Shown here: positions 18,183 through 27,066 of the stretch, piece by piece
Layout of the letters: the number at the start of each line of letters is the position of its first letter
How positions within the stretch are numbered: the first letter of the stretch is position 1
Assembly (NCBI GenBank): GCA_035528895.1
Contig: DATKXS010000151.1
Location: 3,812 to 67,811, forward strand
Direction: 5' to 3'
DNA length: 64,000 nucleotides
From: Candidatus Desulfaltia sp.
Lineage (GTDB): Bacteria > Acidobacteriota > Aminicenantia > Aminicenantales > UBA8522
The notes under the pieces: model-generated
Seen by the model: only the letters and a program-made list of their open reading frames with translations
Databases searched by the model: none
Told to the model about the DNA's origin: nothing
Made by a program: the position numbers and the translations under genes

Positions 18183-19500
18183 CATCTTTAAGCTCTTGCC
18201 CAAGACGAACTGCGGCGATTGCGGCGTTCCCACCTGCATGGCCTTCGCCATGAAGATCGCCCAGAAGAAGGCCGAGCTTTCGAGCTGTCCCCATGCTTCC
18301 GAGGAAGCCAAGGCCGTCCTGGGCGCGGCCGGCGAACCTCCGATCCGACTGCTCAAGATCGGCCCTGAGAAGGCTCTGGAGGTGGGTGGGGAAACTGTCC
18401 TCTTCCGGCACGAAAAGACGTTCTTTCACCCGCCCGGGATAGGCCTGGAGCTGCGGACATCCTCAGCCGAGGACAGCATCCGCGCCGCTATTCAGCAGTG
18501 GGAGGATTTTCAGATCGAACGGGTGGGCGAGCTCCTCCAGGCCGACCTCTTTTTCATCTCCCATGATTCGCCGGGAAAATCCGCTTTCCTGAGGACGATC
18601 GCGCTCGTCAAAGCGAATTCGGAAAAAGGAGTAATTGTCGACTGTCCGGACGAGGGATCTTTGAAGGCGGGCCTCGAGCTTCTCCGGAATGACCGGCCGG
18701 CGATCTACCTGCGCCGGCCGGTGACGGACAAGGACATCGGGCTGGCGAAAGCCGCGGGAGCCAGCCTGATCATCTCGGGCTCCTCGCTGGAAGACCTGGC
18801 CGATCAGACGGAGAGGGCCCGGCAAGCCGGTCTGACTGACCTCATCCTGAACGGCCCGGCGGCGGGTTTGGGAGAGGCCATCCGGAACAACACGATCCTG
18901 AGACGGAGCGCCCTCAAGAGGAACTTCAAGCCTTTCGGCTATCCCATTTTGACCCGGATCCAGAGCGAAGACGGGTTCGAGTCGCTGGCCGGGGCGACCG
19001 TCCTCCTCTGCAAGTATGCCTCGATCATCGTCCTGCCCCGGTTTGATAAGGCTCTGCTCTACACCCTTTTTACCCTCCGGCAGAATATCTACACCGACCC
19101 CCAGAAGCCGATCCAGGTCGACCCCAAGGTCTACGCCATCGGCGAGCCCACTCCGGGATCTCCCGTCTTCGTGACGACGAATTTCTCTTTGACCTATTTC
19201 ATCGTCTCGGGGGAGATCGAAAACTCCGGGACGTCCGCTCATCTCGTCGTCTGCGACACCGAGGGGCAGTCCGTTCTCACGGCCTGGGCGGCGGGAAAGT
19301 TCGTCCCGGAAAAGATCGCCAAGTTCATCAAGGACATCAAGCTAGAAGAGATGGTCGAGACCCGAAAACTCGTCATCCCCGGCTTAGTGGCCCAGATCTC
19401 CGGCGAGCTGGAAGAAAAACTTCCCGGCTGGGAGATCATCGTCGGCTGCCAGGATGCGGCCGACATCCCCTCTTTTGTCAAGAGCGTGAATCTGGCCTGA
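18163..19500 (+). CDS. acsC: Corrinoid iron-sulfur protein large subunit (AcsC / CdhE-like)
   Basis: 445 aa with the N-terminal [4Fe-4S] motif KTNCGDCGVPTCMAFAMK characteristic of the CFeSP large subunit. Confidence 0.85.
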   Translation: MALSGLDIFKLLPKTNCGDCGVPTCMAFAMKIAQKKAELSSCPHASEEAKAVLGAAGEPPIRLLKIGPEKALEVGGETVLFRHEKTFFHPPGIGLELRTSSAEDSIRAAIQQWEDFQIERVGELLQADLFFISHDSPGKSAFLRTIALVKANSEKGVIVDCPDEGSLKAGLELLRNDRPAIYLRRPVTDKDIGLAKAAGASLIISGSSLEDLADQTERARQAGLTDLILNGPAAGLGEAIRNNTILRRSALKRNFKPFGYPILTRIQSEDGFESLAGATVLLCKYASIIVLPRFDKALLYTLFTLRQNIYTDPQKPIQVDPKVYAIGEPTPGSPVFVTTNFSLTYFIVSGEIENSGTSAHLVVCDTEGQSVLTAWAAGKFVPEKIAKFIKDIKLEEMVETRKLVIPGLVAQISGELEEKLPGWEIIVGCQDAADIPSFVKSVNLA

Positions 19501-19516
19501 TGAATACGATAGAGTC

Positions 19517-21421
19517 ATGAAGAAGGCTTGCCGAGTCGAATTCCTGCCCTTCCTCAGCCGCCGCGATTATGCTCGCGGGACGAACCTTCTGGATGCGGTG
19601 AGAGAAATCAGCCTGCCACTCAAGTCAACCTGCGGCGGAAAAGGAACCTGCGGCGAATGCCTCGTCCGGATCAAGAGCGGAAAAGCCACGAGCAGGGCAT
19701 CGTCCGGTCTTCCGGAAGATGTCCGGCGGCGGGGATATGCATTGGCCTGCCGGACCGAGATCGAGGATGATCTCACGGTCGAATTGCCGAGATTTGAAGA
19801 GCGATCCGTCCGTGCCCTCGCCGGCTCCCGCTTTTTCGAGGCCCATCCCGACCGGATCTCGGGCGTCTTCGAGGTCAGCCCGGCCGTCAGGAAGCTCCGG
19901 CTCTCCCTGCCGGCTCCGACGCTGGCCGATAACTCCAGCGACCTGCGGCGGGTCCAGCGGCAGATTCAGAAATCAGATGGTCTCCGCTGCCGGCAGGCCG
20001 AATATCATGTTTTGCTCAGGCTGGCCGCCGCGGTGAGGAAACAGGATGGCCAAGTGACCGCCGTCCTTTCTCGCTCCGGCTCCGAATGGCGGCTGGTCGA
20101 TCTCCAGCCCTTCCCGCCGCCCCAAAACGTCTACGGTCTGGCGTGTGACCTGGGGACGACGACGGTCGTCACCGCGATCGTCGACTTGGAGGACGGGAGG
20201 ATCCTGAGCACGACATCGGGCCTCAACCAGCAGCTCCGCTGCGGGGAGGATGTGATCTCGAGGATCGATTATGCCGGGAAACCGGGTCGTTTGCGGGAAC
20301 TCCAGATGCTGGCCGCCCGGACGGTCAATTCCCTACTGGAAAAAGCGTGCCGGGAGGCCGGGATTTCGAGCGCCGATATTTATGATGTCTCCCTGGCCGG
20401 CAACACGACAATGACCCATCTTCTTCTCGGTCTTGACCCGCGCACCATTCGGGAAGAGCCCTATATCCCGACCGTGAACCTGGTGCCGCCGGTCAAAGCC
20501 GTTGACCTGGGATTGGATTTGAATCCCGAGGCCATCGTCCATTGCGCCCCGGCCGTCGGGAGCTACGTCGGAGGCGATATCACCGCCGGTCTTCTCGCCA
20601 CTCCGATCCTCAGGACGGAAGAGGAGACTTCGCTGTTCATCGATGCCGGGACCAATGGAGAATTGGTCATCGGCAACAGAGATTGGCTGGCCGCCTGTGC
20701 CTGCTCGGCCGGCCCGGCCTTCGAAGGGGGCGGGACGAAATGCGGCCTTCCGGCCGGAGACGGCGCCATCGAGTCGGTGACCATTCAGGGAAATGGCCGG
20801 CTCGAATACCGGGTGATCGGAGGAGGGAAGCCCAAGGGGGTGTGCGGCTCCGGCCTGGTCGACCTTCTGGCCGAGCTTTTCGTCCACGGCTTCATCGACC
20901 GCGCTGGGAAGCTAAACGACAGGAAGGCGGGGACGAGGTTCGTCAGGAAGGAGGACGGCGCCGGTTTTCTGATCGAACGCGCTTCTCGATGCGAATGGGG
21001 CAGGGACCTGGTCATCTCCGAGAAGGACATCGCCAACCTAATCCGCACCAAGGGCGCGATCTATTCGGCCTGCGCCGTCCTTCTGAAGAACATCGGCCTG
21101 GCCTTTGACCGGCTGGACGCCGTCTATCTTGCCGGCGGGTTCGGCGAGCATCTCAACATCGAGAACGCCGTCCGGATCGGCCTCCTGCCCGATCTCGAGC
21201 GGGAAAAATTCTGCTACCTGGGAAACACCTCTCTGACCGGCGCCTATCTCGGGCTGGTCTCGGAGAAGAACCGCGAGCTGGTCGAAACCATCGCCGCCAA
21301 GATGACCTACCTCGAGTTGAACGCGGAACCGGGCTACATGAATGAATACACCGGCTCTCTCTTTTTTCCCCATACGGATATCGGACTTTTCCCGACGGTC
21401 AAAAAAATCGTCGAGCCTTGA
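19517..21421 (+). CDS. Reductive activator of corrinoid proteins (RACo-type; [2Fe-2S] ferredoxin + ASKHA ATPase)
   Basis: 634 aa. N-terminal plant-type ferredoxin Cys pattern (CGGKGTCGECLV...C), then a large ASKHA-fold region. Located directly after acsC, as RACo is in acetogens. Confidence 0.7.
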   Translation: MKKACRVEFLPFLSRRDYARGTNLLDAVREISLPLKSTCGGKGTCGECLVRIKSGKATSRASSGLPEDVRRRGYALACRTEIEDDLTVELPRFEERSVRALAGSRFFEAHPDRISGVFEVSPAVRKLRLSLPAPTLADNSSDLRRVQRQIQKSDGLRCRQAEYHVLLRLAAAVRKQDGQVTAVLSRSGSEWRLVDLQPFPPPQNVYGLACDLGTTTVVTAIVDLEDGRILSTTSGLNQQLRCGEDVISRIDYAGKPGRLRELQMLAARTVNSLLEKACREAGISSADIYDVSLAGNTTMTHLLLGLDPRTIREEPYIPTVNLVPPVKAVDLGLDLNPEAIVHCAPAVGSYVGGDITAGLLATPILRTEEETSLFIDAGTNGELVIGNRDWLAACACSAGPAFEGGGTKCGLPAGDGAIESVTIQGNGRLEYRVIGGGKPKGVCGSGLVDLLAELFVHGFIDRAGKLNDRKAGTRFVRKEDGAGFLIERASRCEWGRDLVISEKDIANLIRTKGAIYSACAVLLKNIGLAFDRLDAVYLAGGFGEHLNIENAVRIGLLPDLEREKFCYLGNTSLTGAYLGLVSEKNRELVETIAAKMTYLELNAEPGYMNEYTGSLFFPHTDIGLFPTVKKIVEP

Positions 21422-21463
21422 ACAAAGGCTCGAGGACGGAGATATTTGCAAGGAGGAAGAGCA

Positions 21464-22350
21464 TGTCCGCAGCGATCCTGGAATTGATCCGGAAACGCAG
21501 GGTGCTCCTCGACGGCGGCTTCGGGACCGAGCTCATCCGGCTCGGATTCCCTCAAGGGGCCTGTCCCGAAACCTGGAATGTGGAGAGGCCCGATGTCGTC
21601 AAGGAGATCCACGGGAGCTATTTTGAGGCCGGTTCGGATGCCGTCCTGACCAACAGCTTCGGGGGAAGCGCGATCAAACTGGCCTCTCACGGCCAGGACA
21701 AAAGGTGCTATGAATTGAACAAAGCAGCGGCGACCATCGCCAATGAGGTCAAGCCCGCGGGATGTTTCGTCGGCGGAAGCCTGGGGCCGACGGGGAAGTT
21801 CCTCCAACCGCAGGGCGAGTTCACGGAACGGCAGTTCGAGGATGCCTACGCCGAGCAGGCGAGGGGTCTGGCCGACGGCCTGGCCGATTTTCTGTTGATC
21901 GAGACACAGTACGATCTCAGAGAGGCGCACTGTGCCTTGCGGGCGGCCCGCCGGGTTACGGCCATCCCGGTCTTCGTGACCATGACCTACAACCGGGTTC
22001 CGAGGGGCTTTTTCACGATGATGGGGAACAGCGCCGCCCAGTGCCTCGAAGAGCTCGAAAGGGAAGGAGTCCCCGTCCTGGGAGCCAACTGCACCCTCGA
22101 CAGTGCGGACATGGCCGACCTGGTCAAGGCCATGAGAGAGAAAACCGGGCTTCCGCTGATCGCCCAGGCCAACGCCGGGAAACCCTCTCTTTCCGCGCAA
22201 GGGGAGGTCTCCTACTCGCAGGGATTGGAGGACTATCTTCAGCACATCCCCCGGACGATCGAGAACGGAGCGAACATCATCGGCGGCTGCTGCGGGACGA
22301 ACCCCGAGTATATTCGCCGGATGGCCGCCCTCGTTAAAGAGGAAAGTTGA
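21464..22350 (+). CDS. Homocysteine-binding-domain (MetH N-terminal-like, S-methyltransferase Pfam family) zinc methyltransferase
   Basis: ILELIRKRRVLLDGGFGTEL (MetH-like ILDGAMGT), a first Zn ligand in GANCTL and the terminal GGCCGTNPEYI (MetH GGCCGTTP Zn-ligand pair). Start chosen at the ATG 8 nt after AGGAGG (21464); the track start 21418 overlaps the RACo stop. Confidence 0.7.
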
Positions 22351-22439
22351 AAAGTCCTTCCGTTTGGATATGATAGTGAACTATGTCACGGAAACTGGAT
22401 TCTTTTGGAACCGATCGAACATCGGAGAAAGGAGAGACG

Positions 22440-23090
22440 ATGAGAAAAGAGGAATTATTTGCCCGGATGGAAAAGGCGATCATCGAAGGAGGGAAGGCCG
22501 AAGCGCAAGCCCTGGCCCGCGAGGCGATCAAGGCCAAGCTCGATCTCAACGAGGTCATCGAAAACGGCTATGTGCCGGGGATCCAGAAGGTCGGCGACCT
22601 CTGGGAAAAGGGCGATTACTTCCTGCCCGAGCTGATCACCAGCGCCGAGTGCATGAAGGCTGCCATGGCCGTCCTCCAGCCCGAGCTGGACAAGGCCAAG
22701 ATCAAGACCAAGTCCAAGGGCAAGGTCGTGATCGGCACTATCGAAGGGGACATCCATGACATCGGCAAAAACCTGGTCGCGTCCATGCTCTCGGCCAACG
22801 GGTTCGAGGTCTTTGACCTGGGCGCGGACGTGAAACTGGAGAGGTTCATCCAGAAGGCCGAGGAGACAGAGGCCGATTTCATTTGCCTTTCGGCCCTGCT
22901 GACGACCACAATGCTCGGGCAGAAAAAAGCCATCGAGATGCTCAAGGAGAAGAACCTCTACGGAAAATTCAAGGTCCTGGTCGGCGGAGCGCCGGCCAGT
23001 CAGAAATGGGCCGATGACATCGGGGCCGACGGGTACGCGGAGAACGCCATGCTCGCGGTCAAGGTGGCCAAGCGGCTGATGGGAGCCTGA
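22440..23090 (+). CDS. Cobalamin-binding corrinoid protein (second copy)
   Basis: 216 aa from MRKEELFARMEKAI. B12-binding motifs EGDIHDIGK (DxHxxG), SALLTTTM and GGAP. About 35 % identical by eye to the 9621 corrinoid protein. Confidence 0.8.
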   Translation: MRKEELFARMEKAIIEGGKAEAQALAREAIKAKLDLNEVIENGYVPGIQKVGDLWEKGDYFLPELITSAECMKAAMAVLQPELDKAKIKTKSKGKVVIGTIEGDIHDIGKNLVASMLSANGFEVFDLGADVKLERFIQKAEETEADFICLSALLTTTMLGQKKAIEMLKEKNLYGKFKVLVGGAPASQKWADDIGADGYAENAMLAVKVAKRLMGA

Positions 23091-23137
23091 AGCCGCGACC
23101 GACGTCCTAGCGTCAGAACGGAAAGGAAGGAAGACAG

Positions 23138-24604
23138 ATGATCAAAACAATCCGACCGAAACTGGAATTGTTGAGCCGCCGGTTCATCGAAAAAATCATC
23201 GATGAGGCCTATGAGATCCTGGACAAGCAGGGGATCTTCGTCGAGAACAAGAACGCCCTGAAGCTCTTCGAGCAAGCGGCAATGAAGGTCGACAAGAAAT
23301 CCCAGCGTGTCCATCTCAAGCGTCGGCTCGTGGAGAAATGCCTGGCCACGGCGCCGTCCGTCGTCCATCTTTACGACCGCGCCGGAAAAAGGGAATACGC
23401 GGTCGGCGGCGACGAGGTCCATTTCGACCCAGGGTCTGCGGCCGTGACCATTCTCGACCACAAAACAGGGGAAGAGAGAAAGCCGGACACCGGCGACCTG
23501 GTCCGCTTCTACAGGTTGACCGAATGCCTGGAGAACATCCATTTCCAGAGCACCGGCCTGATCAGCTCCGATGTCCCCCCTGCGATCGCGGATATCTACC
23601 GGCTCTACCTCGGACTGCTGTATTCCAACAAGCCCTTTGTCACGGGCACCTTCCGGGTGGAGTCCTTCCGGCCGATGAAGGACCTCCTGGTGGCGGTCCG
23701 GGGAAGCGAGAAGGAACTGGCCAGGAAGCCCCTGGCCATCTTCGATGCCTGTCCCTCTCCTCCTCTCAAATGGAGCAACCTGACGACCCAGAGCCTGATC
23801 GATGCGGCCCGGGCGGGGATCCCCTCCGAGCTCATCTCGATGGGCATGACGGGCGCCACCTCTCTGGTGACGATCGCCGGCACCCTGGTCCAGCATGTCG
23901 CTGAGAACCTCTGCGGCGTCGTCATCGTCCAGCTCGCCAAACCGGGCGCGGCGGTGATCTTCGGCGGCTCCCCCTCCAGCTTTGATATGAGGCGCGGAAC
24001 GACGCCGATGGGCGCGATCGAGACGATGATGATCGATGTCGGCTACAGCCAGATCGGGAAATATCTGAACCTGCCGACCCACGCCTACATGGGTTTGAGC
24101 GACGCCAAGACTAACGATGCCCAGGCCGGGCTGGAGACAGGGCTCGGGGCGGTGCTGGGAGCTCTGGCCGGCGTCAATGTCATCAGCGGACCCGGGATGC
24201 TCGACTTCGAGAGCTGTCAGAGCCTGGAGAAGCTGGTCATCGACGATGAAATCTGCGGCATGGCTTATCGGCTGATCGCCGGCATTGCCCAGCGCGAGGA
24301 CCCCATCGCCGCGGACAAATTCGTTGGTTTCACTCCGGAAACGCAGTTCCTCACCCTGCCCCATACCAAGAAATGGTACAGGATGGAGCATTCCTACCCC
24401 GTGATCGCGGACAGGGACACCTACGACGCCTGGGTGGCCCTGGGGAAAAAGCCGATAGCGGAGAGGGCTTCAGAACAGCTGGAGGAAATCCTGCGGTCCA
24501 ACCCGCCCGCTCTTGCGGAGAAGCATGTCCGGAGCGATCTTACAAAAGTCATGATCGCCCTCGCCAAAGCCAATGGGATAGCCACCCTGCCCGAACTGCC
24601 GTAG
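23138..24604 (+). CDS. MttB-superfamily methyltransferase, non-pyrrolysine type (quaternary-amine:corrinoid methyltransferase-like)
   Basis: 488 aa, uninterrupted by an in-frame amber codon. Size and TIM-barrel-like composition match non-Pyl MttB homologues such as the glycine-betaine methyltransferase MtgB. Confidence 0.75.
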   Translation: MIKTIRPKLELLSRRFIEKIIDEAYEILDKQGIFVENKNALKLFEQAAMKVDKKSQRVHLKRRLVEKCLATAPSVVHLYDRAGKREYAVGGDEVHFDPGSAAVTILDHKTGEERKPDTGDLVRFYRLTECLENIHFQSTGLISSDVPPAIADIYRLYLGLLYSNKPFVTGTFRVESFRPMKDLLVAVRGSEKELARKPLAIFDACPSPPLKWSNLTTQSLIDAARAGIPSELISMGMTGATSLVTIAGTLVQHVAENLCGVVIVQLAKPGAAVIFGGSPSSFDMRRGTTPMGAIETMMIDVGYSQIGKYLNLPTHAYMGLSDAKTNDAQAGLETGLGAVLGALAGVNVISGPGMLDFESCQSLEKLVIDDEICGMAYRLIAGIAQREDPIAADKFVGFTPETQFLTLPHTKKWYRMEHSYPVIADRDTYDAWVALGKKPIAERASEQLEEILRSNPPALAEKHVRSDLTKVMIALAKANGIATLPELP

Positions 24605-24670
24605 ACGAGCTTCTGAAGAGCGGATACGTCTTCGTTTTCTTGGCTGGATATCCCGGAAAGGAGCGCGACG

Positions 24671-26119
24671 GTGAGCGAGATGATCAAGTCCATCGCCAAT
24701 CCACGCCTGAGTTTGAACATTCTCAGCCCTGAGGATATAGAGAAGATCCACCGCTCGAGCCTGCGGGTGATCGAATCGGCGGGCGTGAGATTCCCTTCGA
24801 AGAAGGCGCTCGATATCTGGCGGTCCCACGGCGCCGCGGTCGACGAGGGTTCGATGGTCGTCAAAGCCCCGGGGCGACTGATCGAGGAGGCGATTCGCCA
24901 GGCTCCTCCCGTCTATACGTTGGCGGCCGGAAATCCGGCCCTCGACCTTCTCCTGGACGGCAACCACGTCTATGTCGGCACGGACGGCTGCGGCGTCGAG
25001 ATCATCGACATCCGGACGGGAGAACGGCGGAGATCGATCCTCCAGGACGTCGCCGACATCGCCCGGGTCGCCGACGGTCTCGATGAGATCGGCTTTCACT
25101 GGGTTCCTGTCTCCGCCCAGGACTGCCCGCCGCAGTCGCGCGGACTTCATGAACTCCTGGCCATCTGGAAGAATTCCACGAAACATGTCCAGACGGAAAG
25201 CATCTATACGGAGACCGAAGCCCGCGCCGCCGTGGAGATGGCGGCTCTGCTTGCGGGGGGAAAAGAAGCCCTGAGGAAGCGCCCCCTGCTTTCGATCATG
25301 GAGTGCACGGTCTCTCCTCTAGCCCATGAAAAAGGGAGCCTGGAAGCCGCCCTGGTCGGAGCGGAATCCGGCCTCCCAGTCGGTTTCATGAGCATGGCCT
25401 CGTGCGCCTCGTCCGGACCGGCCACACTCGCCGGGAACCTCGTCGTCGCCAACGCGGAAGTGCTGAGCGGTCTGGCTCTCGTCCAGCTGGCTTATCCCGG
25501 AGCGCCCGTTTTCTATGCCGCGGCCCAGACGGTGATGGACCTCAGGACAGGCGCCTACACGGGAGGGGGCCCGGAGGATTTTCTTTTCGGCGCGGCCAGC
25601 AACAGACTGGCCGACTTCTACAGCGTTCCGCTCTCGATGGGATCCTTCGCCACCGGCGCTAAGGAGCCGAACTGGCAGGCGGGTCTGGAGAACGCCCTGT
25701 CCACTTTCATGGCCTCGGCGGCGATCTCGGACATGCTCCTGGGCGTCGGGCTTCTCAACGGGAGCACGGTCTGGTCTTTCGCCCAGATGCTCATGGACTG
25801 CGAGATCTTCGGCATCGTCGCGAAAATGATGGAGGGAATCCCGGTGGATGAAGAGACCCTGGCCGTCGAGGCCATCCGGGATGTCGGGCCGGGGGGGACG
25901 TTCCTGACCCATCCCCACACCAAGCGGCATCTCCGCGGGCTCTGGCTGAATTCCTTTCTCGACCGCCGGCCCTACGGCGTCTGGGAAGAAAAAAAGGACG
26001 GCGCGCCCGACTGGGCCCTGGAAAAAGCCAGGCGAATCCTCGCGGGTCATCAGTCTGCTCCGCTGGAGCCTCGACTCGAAACGGAGCTCGGCCGGATCAT
26101 CAAAACCATGGAAAGATAA
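24671..26119 (+). CDS. MttB-superfamily methyltransferase, non-pyrrolysine type (second paralogue)
   Basis: 482 aa, clearly paralogous to the preceding ORF (shared blocks such as ...PGAPVFYAAAQ/ PGAAVIFGGSP..., GGTFLTHPHTKRH / TQFLTLPHTKKW). No in-frame TAG. Confidence 0.75.
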   Translation: MSEMIKSIANPRLSLNILSPEDIEKIHRSSLRVIESAGVRFPSKKALDIWRSHGAAVDEGSMVVKAPGRLIEEAIRQAPPVYTLAAGNPALDLLLDGNHVYVGTDGCGVEIIDIRTGERRRSILQDVADIARVADGLDEIGFHWVPVSAQDCPPQSRGLHELLAIWKNSTKHVQTESIYTETEARAAVEMAALLAGGKEALRKRPLLSIMECTVSPLAHEKGSLEAALVGAESGLPVGFMSMASCASSGPATLAGNLVVANAEVLSGLALVQLAYPGAPVFYAAAQTVMDLRTGAYTGGGPEDFLFGAASNRLADFYSVPLSMGSFATGAKEPNWQAGLENALSTFMASAAISDMLLGVGLLNGSTVWSFAQMLMDCEIFGIVAKMMEGIPVDEETLAVEAIRDVGPGGTFLTHPHTKRHLRGLWLNSFLDRRPYGVWEEKKDGAPDWALEKARRILAGHQSAPLEPRLETELGRIIKTMER

Positions 26120-26213
26120 AATAGCAGGGAATTTATTACTTTTCATTTCATGAATAATCCAGGATAAATCATCCTTTAAAAAATATGGGGGATGGACGGG
26201 CTTGTCCTCGGCT

Positions 26214-27005
26214 TCAGGATGGAGAGCCGTTCTTGAAAACAAGCGAGCGATAATTGCTCCCGGTGACGGCGGCCACTTCTTCCAGGGAGACCTGTTTGAT
26301 TTCAGCCAGGACCCTGGCCGTCTCGATAACAAAAAGGGGCTCGTTTCGCTTCCATTTGTCCCGCAATTTCTGGGGAACAAGATAGGGCGAGTCAGTTTCG
26401 ACGAGGAGTTTTTCCAGGGGAAGAGCGGCGGCGATCTCCCGCAGGCCGGACGCGTTCCGGTAGGTCAGGATGCCCGAGAAAGAAATCAGGAAGCCCAGGC
26501 CGATCATCCGCTCGGCGGTCTCCCGGTCCTCGGTGAAACAGTGGAGCACGCCTCCGCGGCTGAACCCTTCTTCCTCAACCGCGGCCAGGATCTCCTTTCC
26601 CGCCTCCCGGCTGTGGATGATGACGGGAAGCTCCAACTCCTGGGCCAGTCGAAGCTGAGCTCGAAAGACCTCGGCCTGGACCGGGGCAGGGGAGTAGTTA
26701 TAGTGGTGGTCGATCCCTATCTCCCCGACCGCCGAGATTTTCCCGGCCCTCGCTAGTCCGCGAATCGCTTCGAGATGGGACGGGGAAGAATCCTTGGCCT
26801 GGTGGGGATGGATTCCTACCGCGGCCGAGATCCATGGAAATTCCTGCCTGAGGTCGAGAATTCGGGACAGGCTCTCCGGAGCAGTCAGGTCGATAGGGCA
26901 GAGCAGGTGCTTGACGCCGCCGGTCCAAGCCCGCCGCACGACCTCCTCGCGGTCCGGGTCGAACTCGGCCATATCCAGATGAGCGTGGGAGTCGGCGATT
27001 TCCAT
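26214..27005 (-). CDS. TatD-family metal-dependent hydrolase/DNase
   Basis: Starts MEIADSHAHLDM (HxH motif). VGEIGIDHHYN, HSREA and VETDSPYL are hallmark TatD motifs. Confidence 0.85.
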   Translation of the reverse strand: MEIADSHAHLDMAEFDPDREEVVRRAWTGGVKHLLCPIDLTAPESLSRILDLRQEFPWISAAVGIHPHQAKDSSPSHLEAIRGLARAGKISAVGEIGIDHHYNYSPAPVQAEVFRAQLRLAQELELPVIIHSREAGKEILAAVEEEGFSRGGVLHCFTEDRETAERMIGLGFLISFSGILTYRNASGLREIAAALPLEKLLVETDSPYLVPQKLRDKWKRNEPLFVIETARVLAEIKQVSLEEVAAVTGSNYRSLVFKNGSPS

Positions 27006-27066
27006 GAGGAAACGGTCTTTCTTCCCGGAGATCGAGGCCGATCTCCGGCGAGTCGGAGCTGTCCTA

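Noticed and set aside
16512-18356. 614-aa minus-strand ORF across cooC/acsD
   Set aside because: Antisense to two well-supported genes. There are no motifs.
23138-26119. Pyrrolysine-containing MttB (amber read-through)
   Set aside because: Both MttB-family ORFs are continuous with no in-frame TAG, so they are the non-pyrrolysine type.
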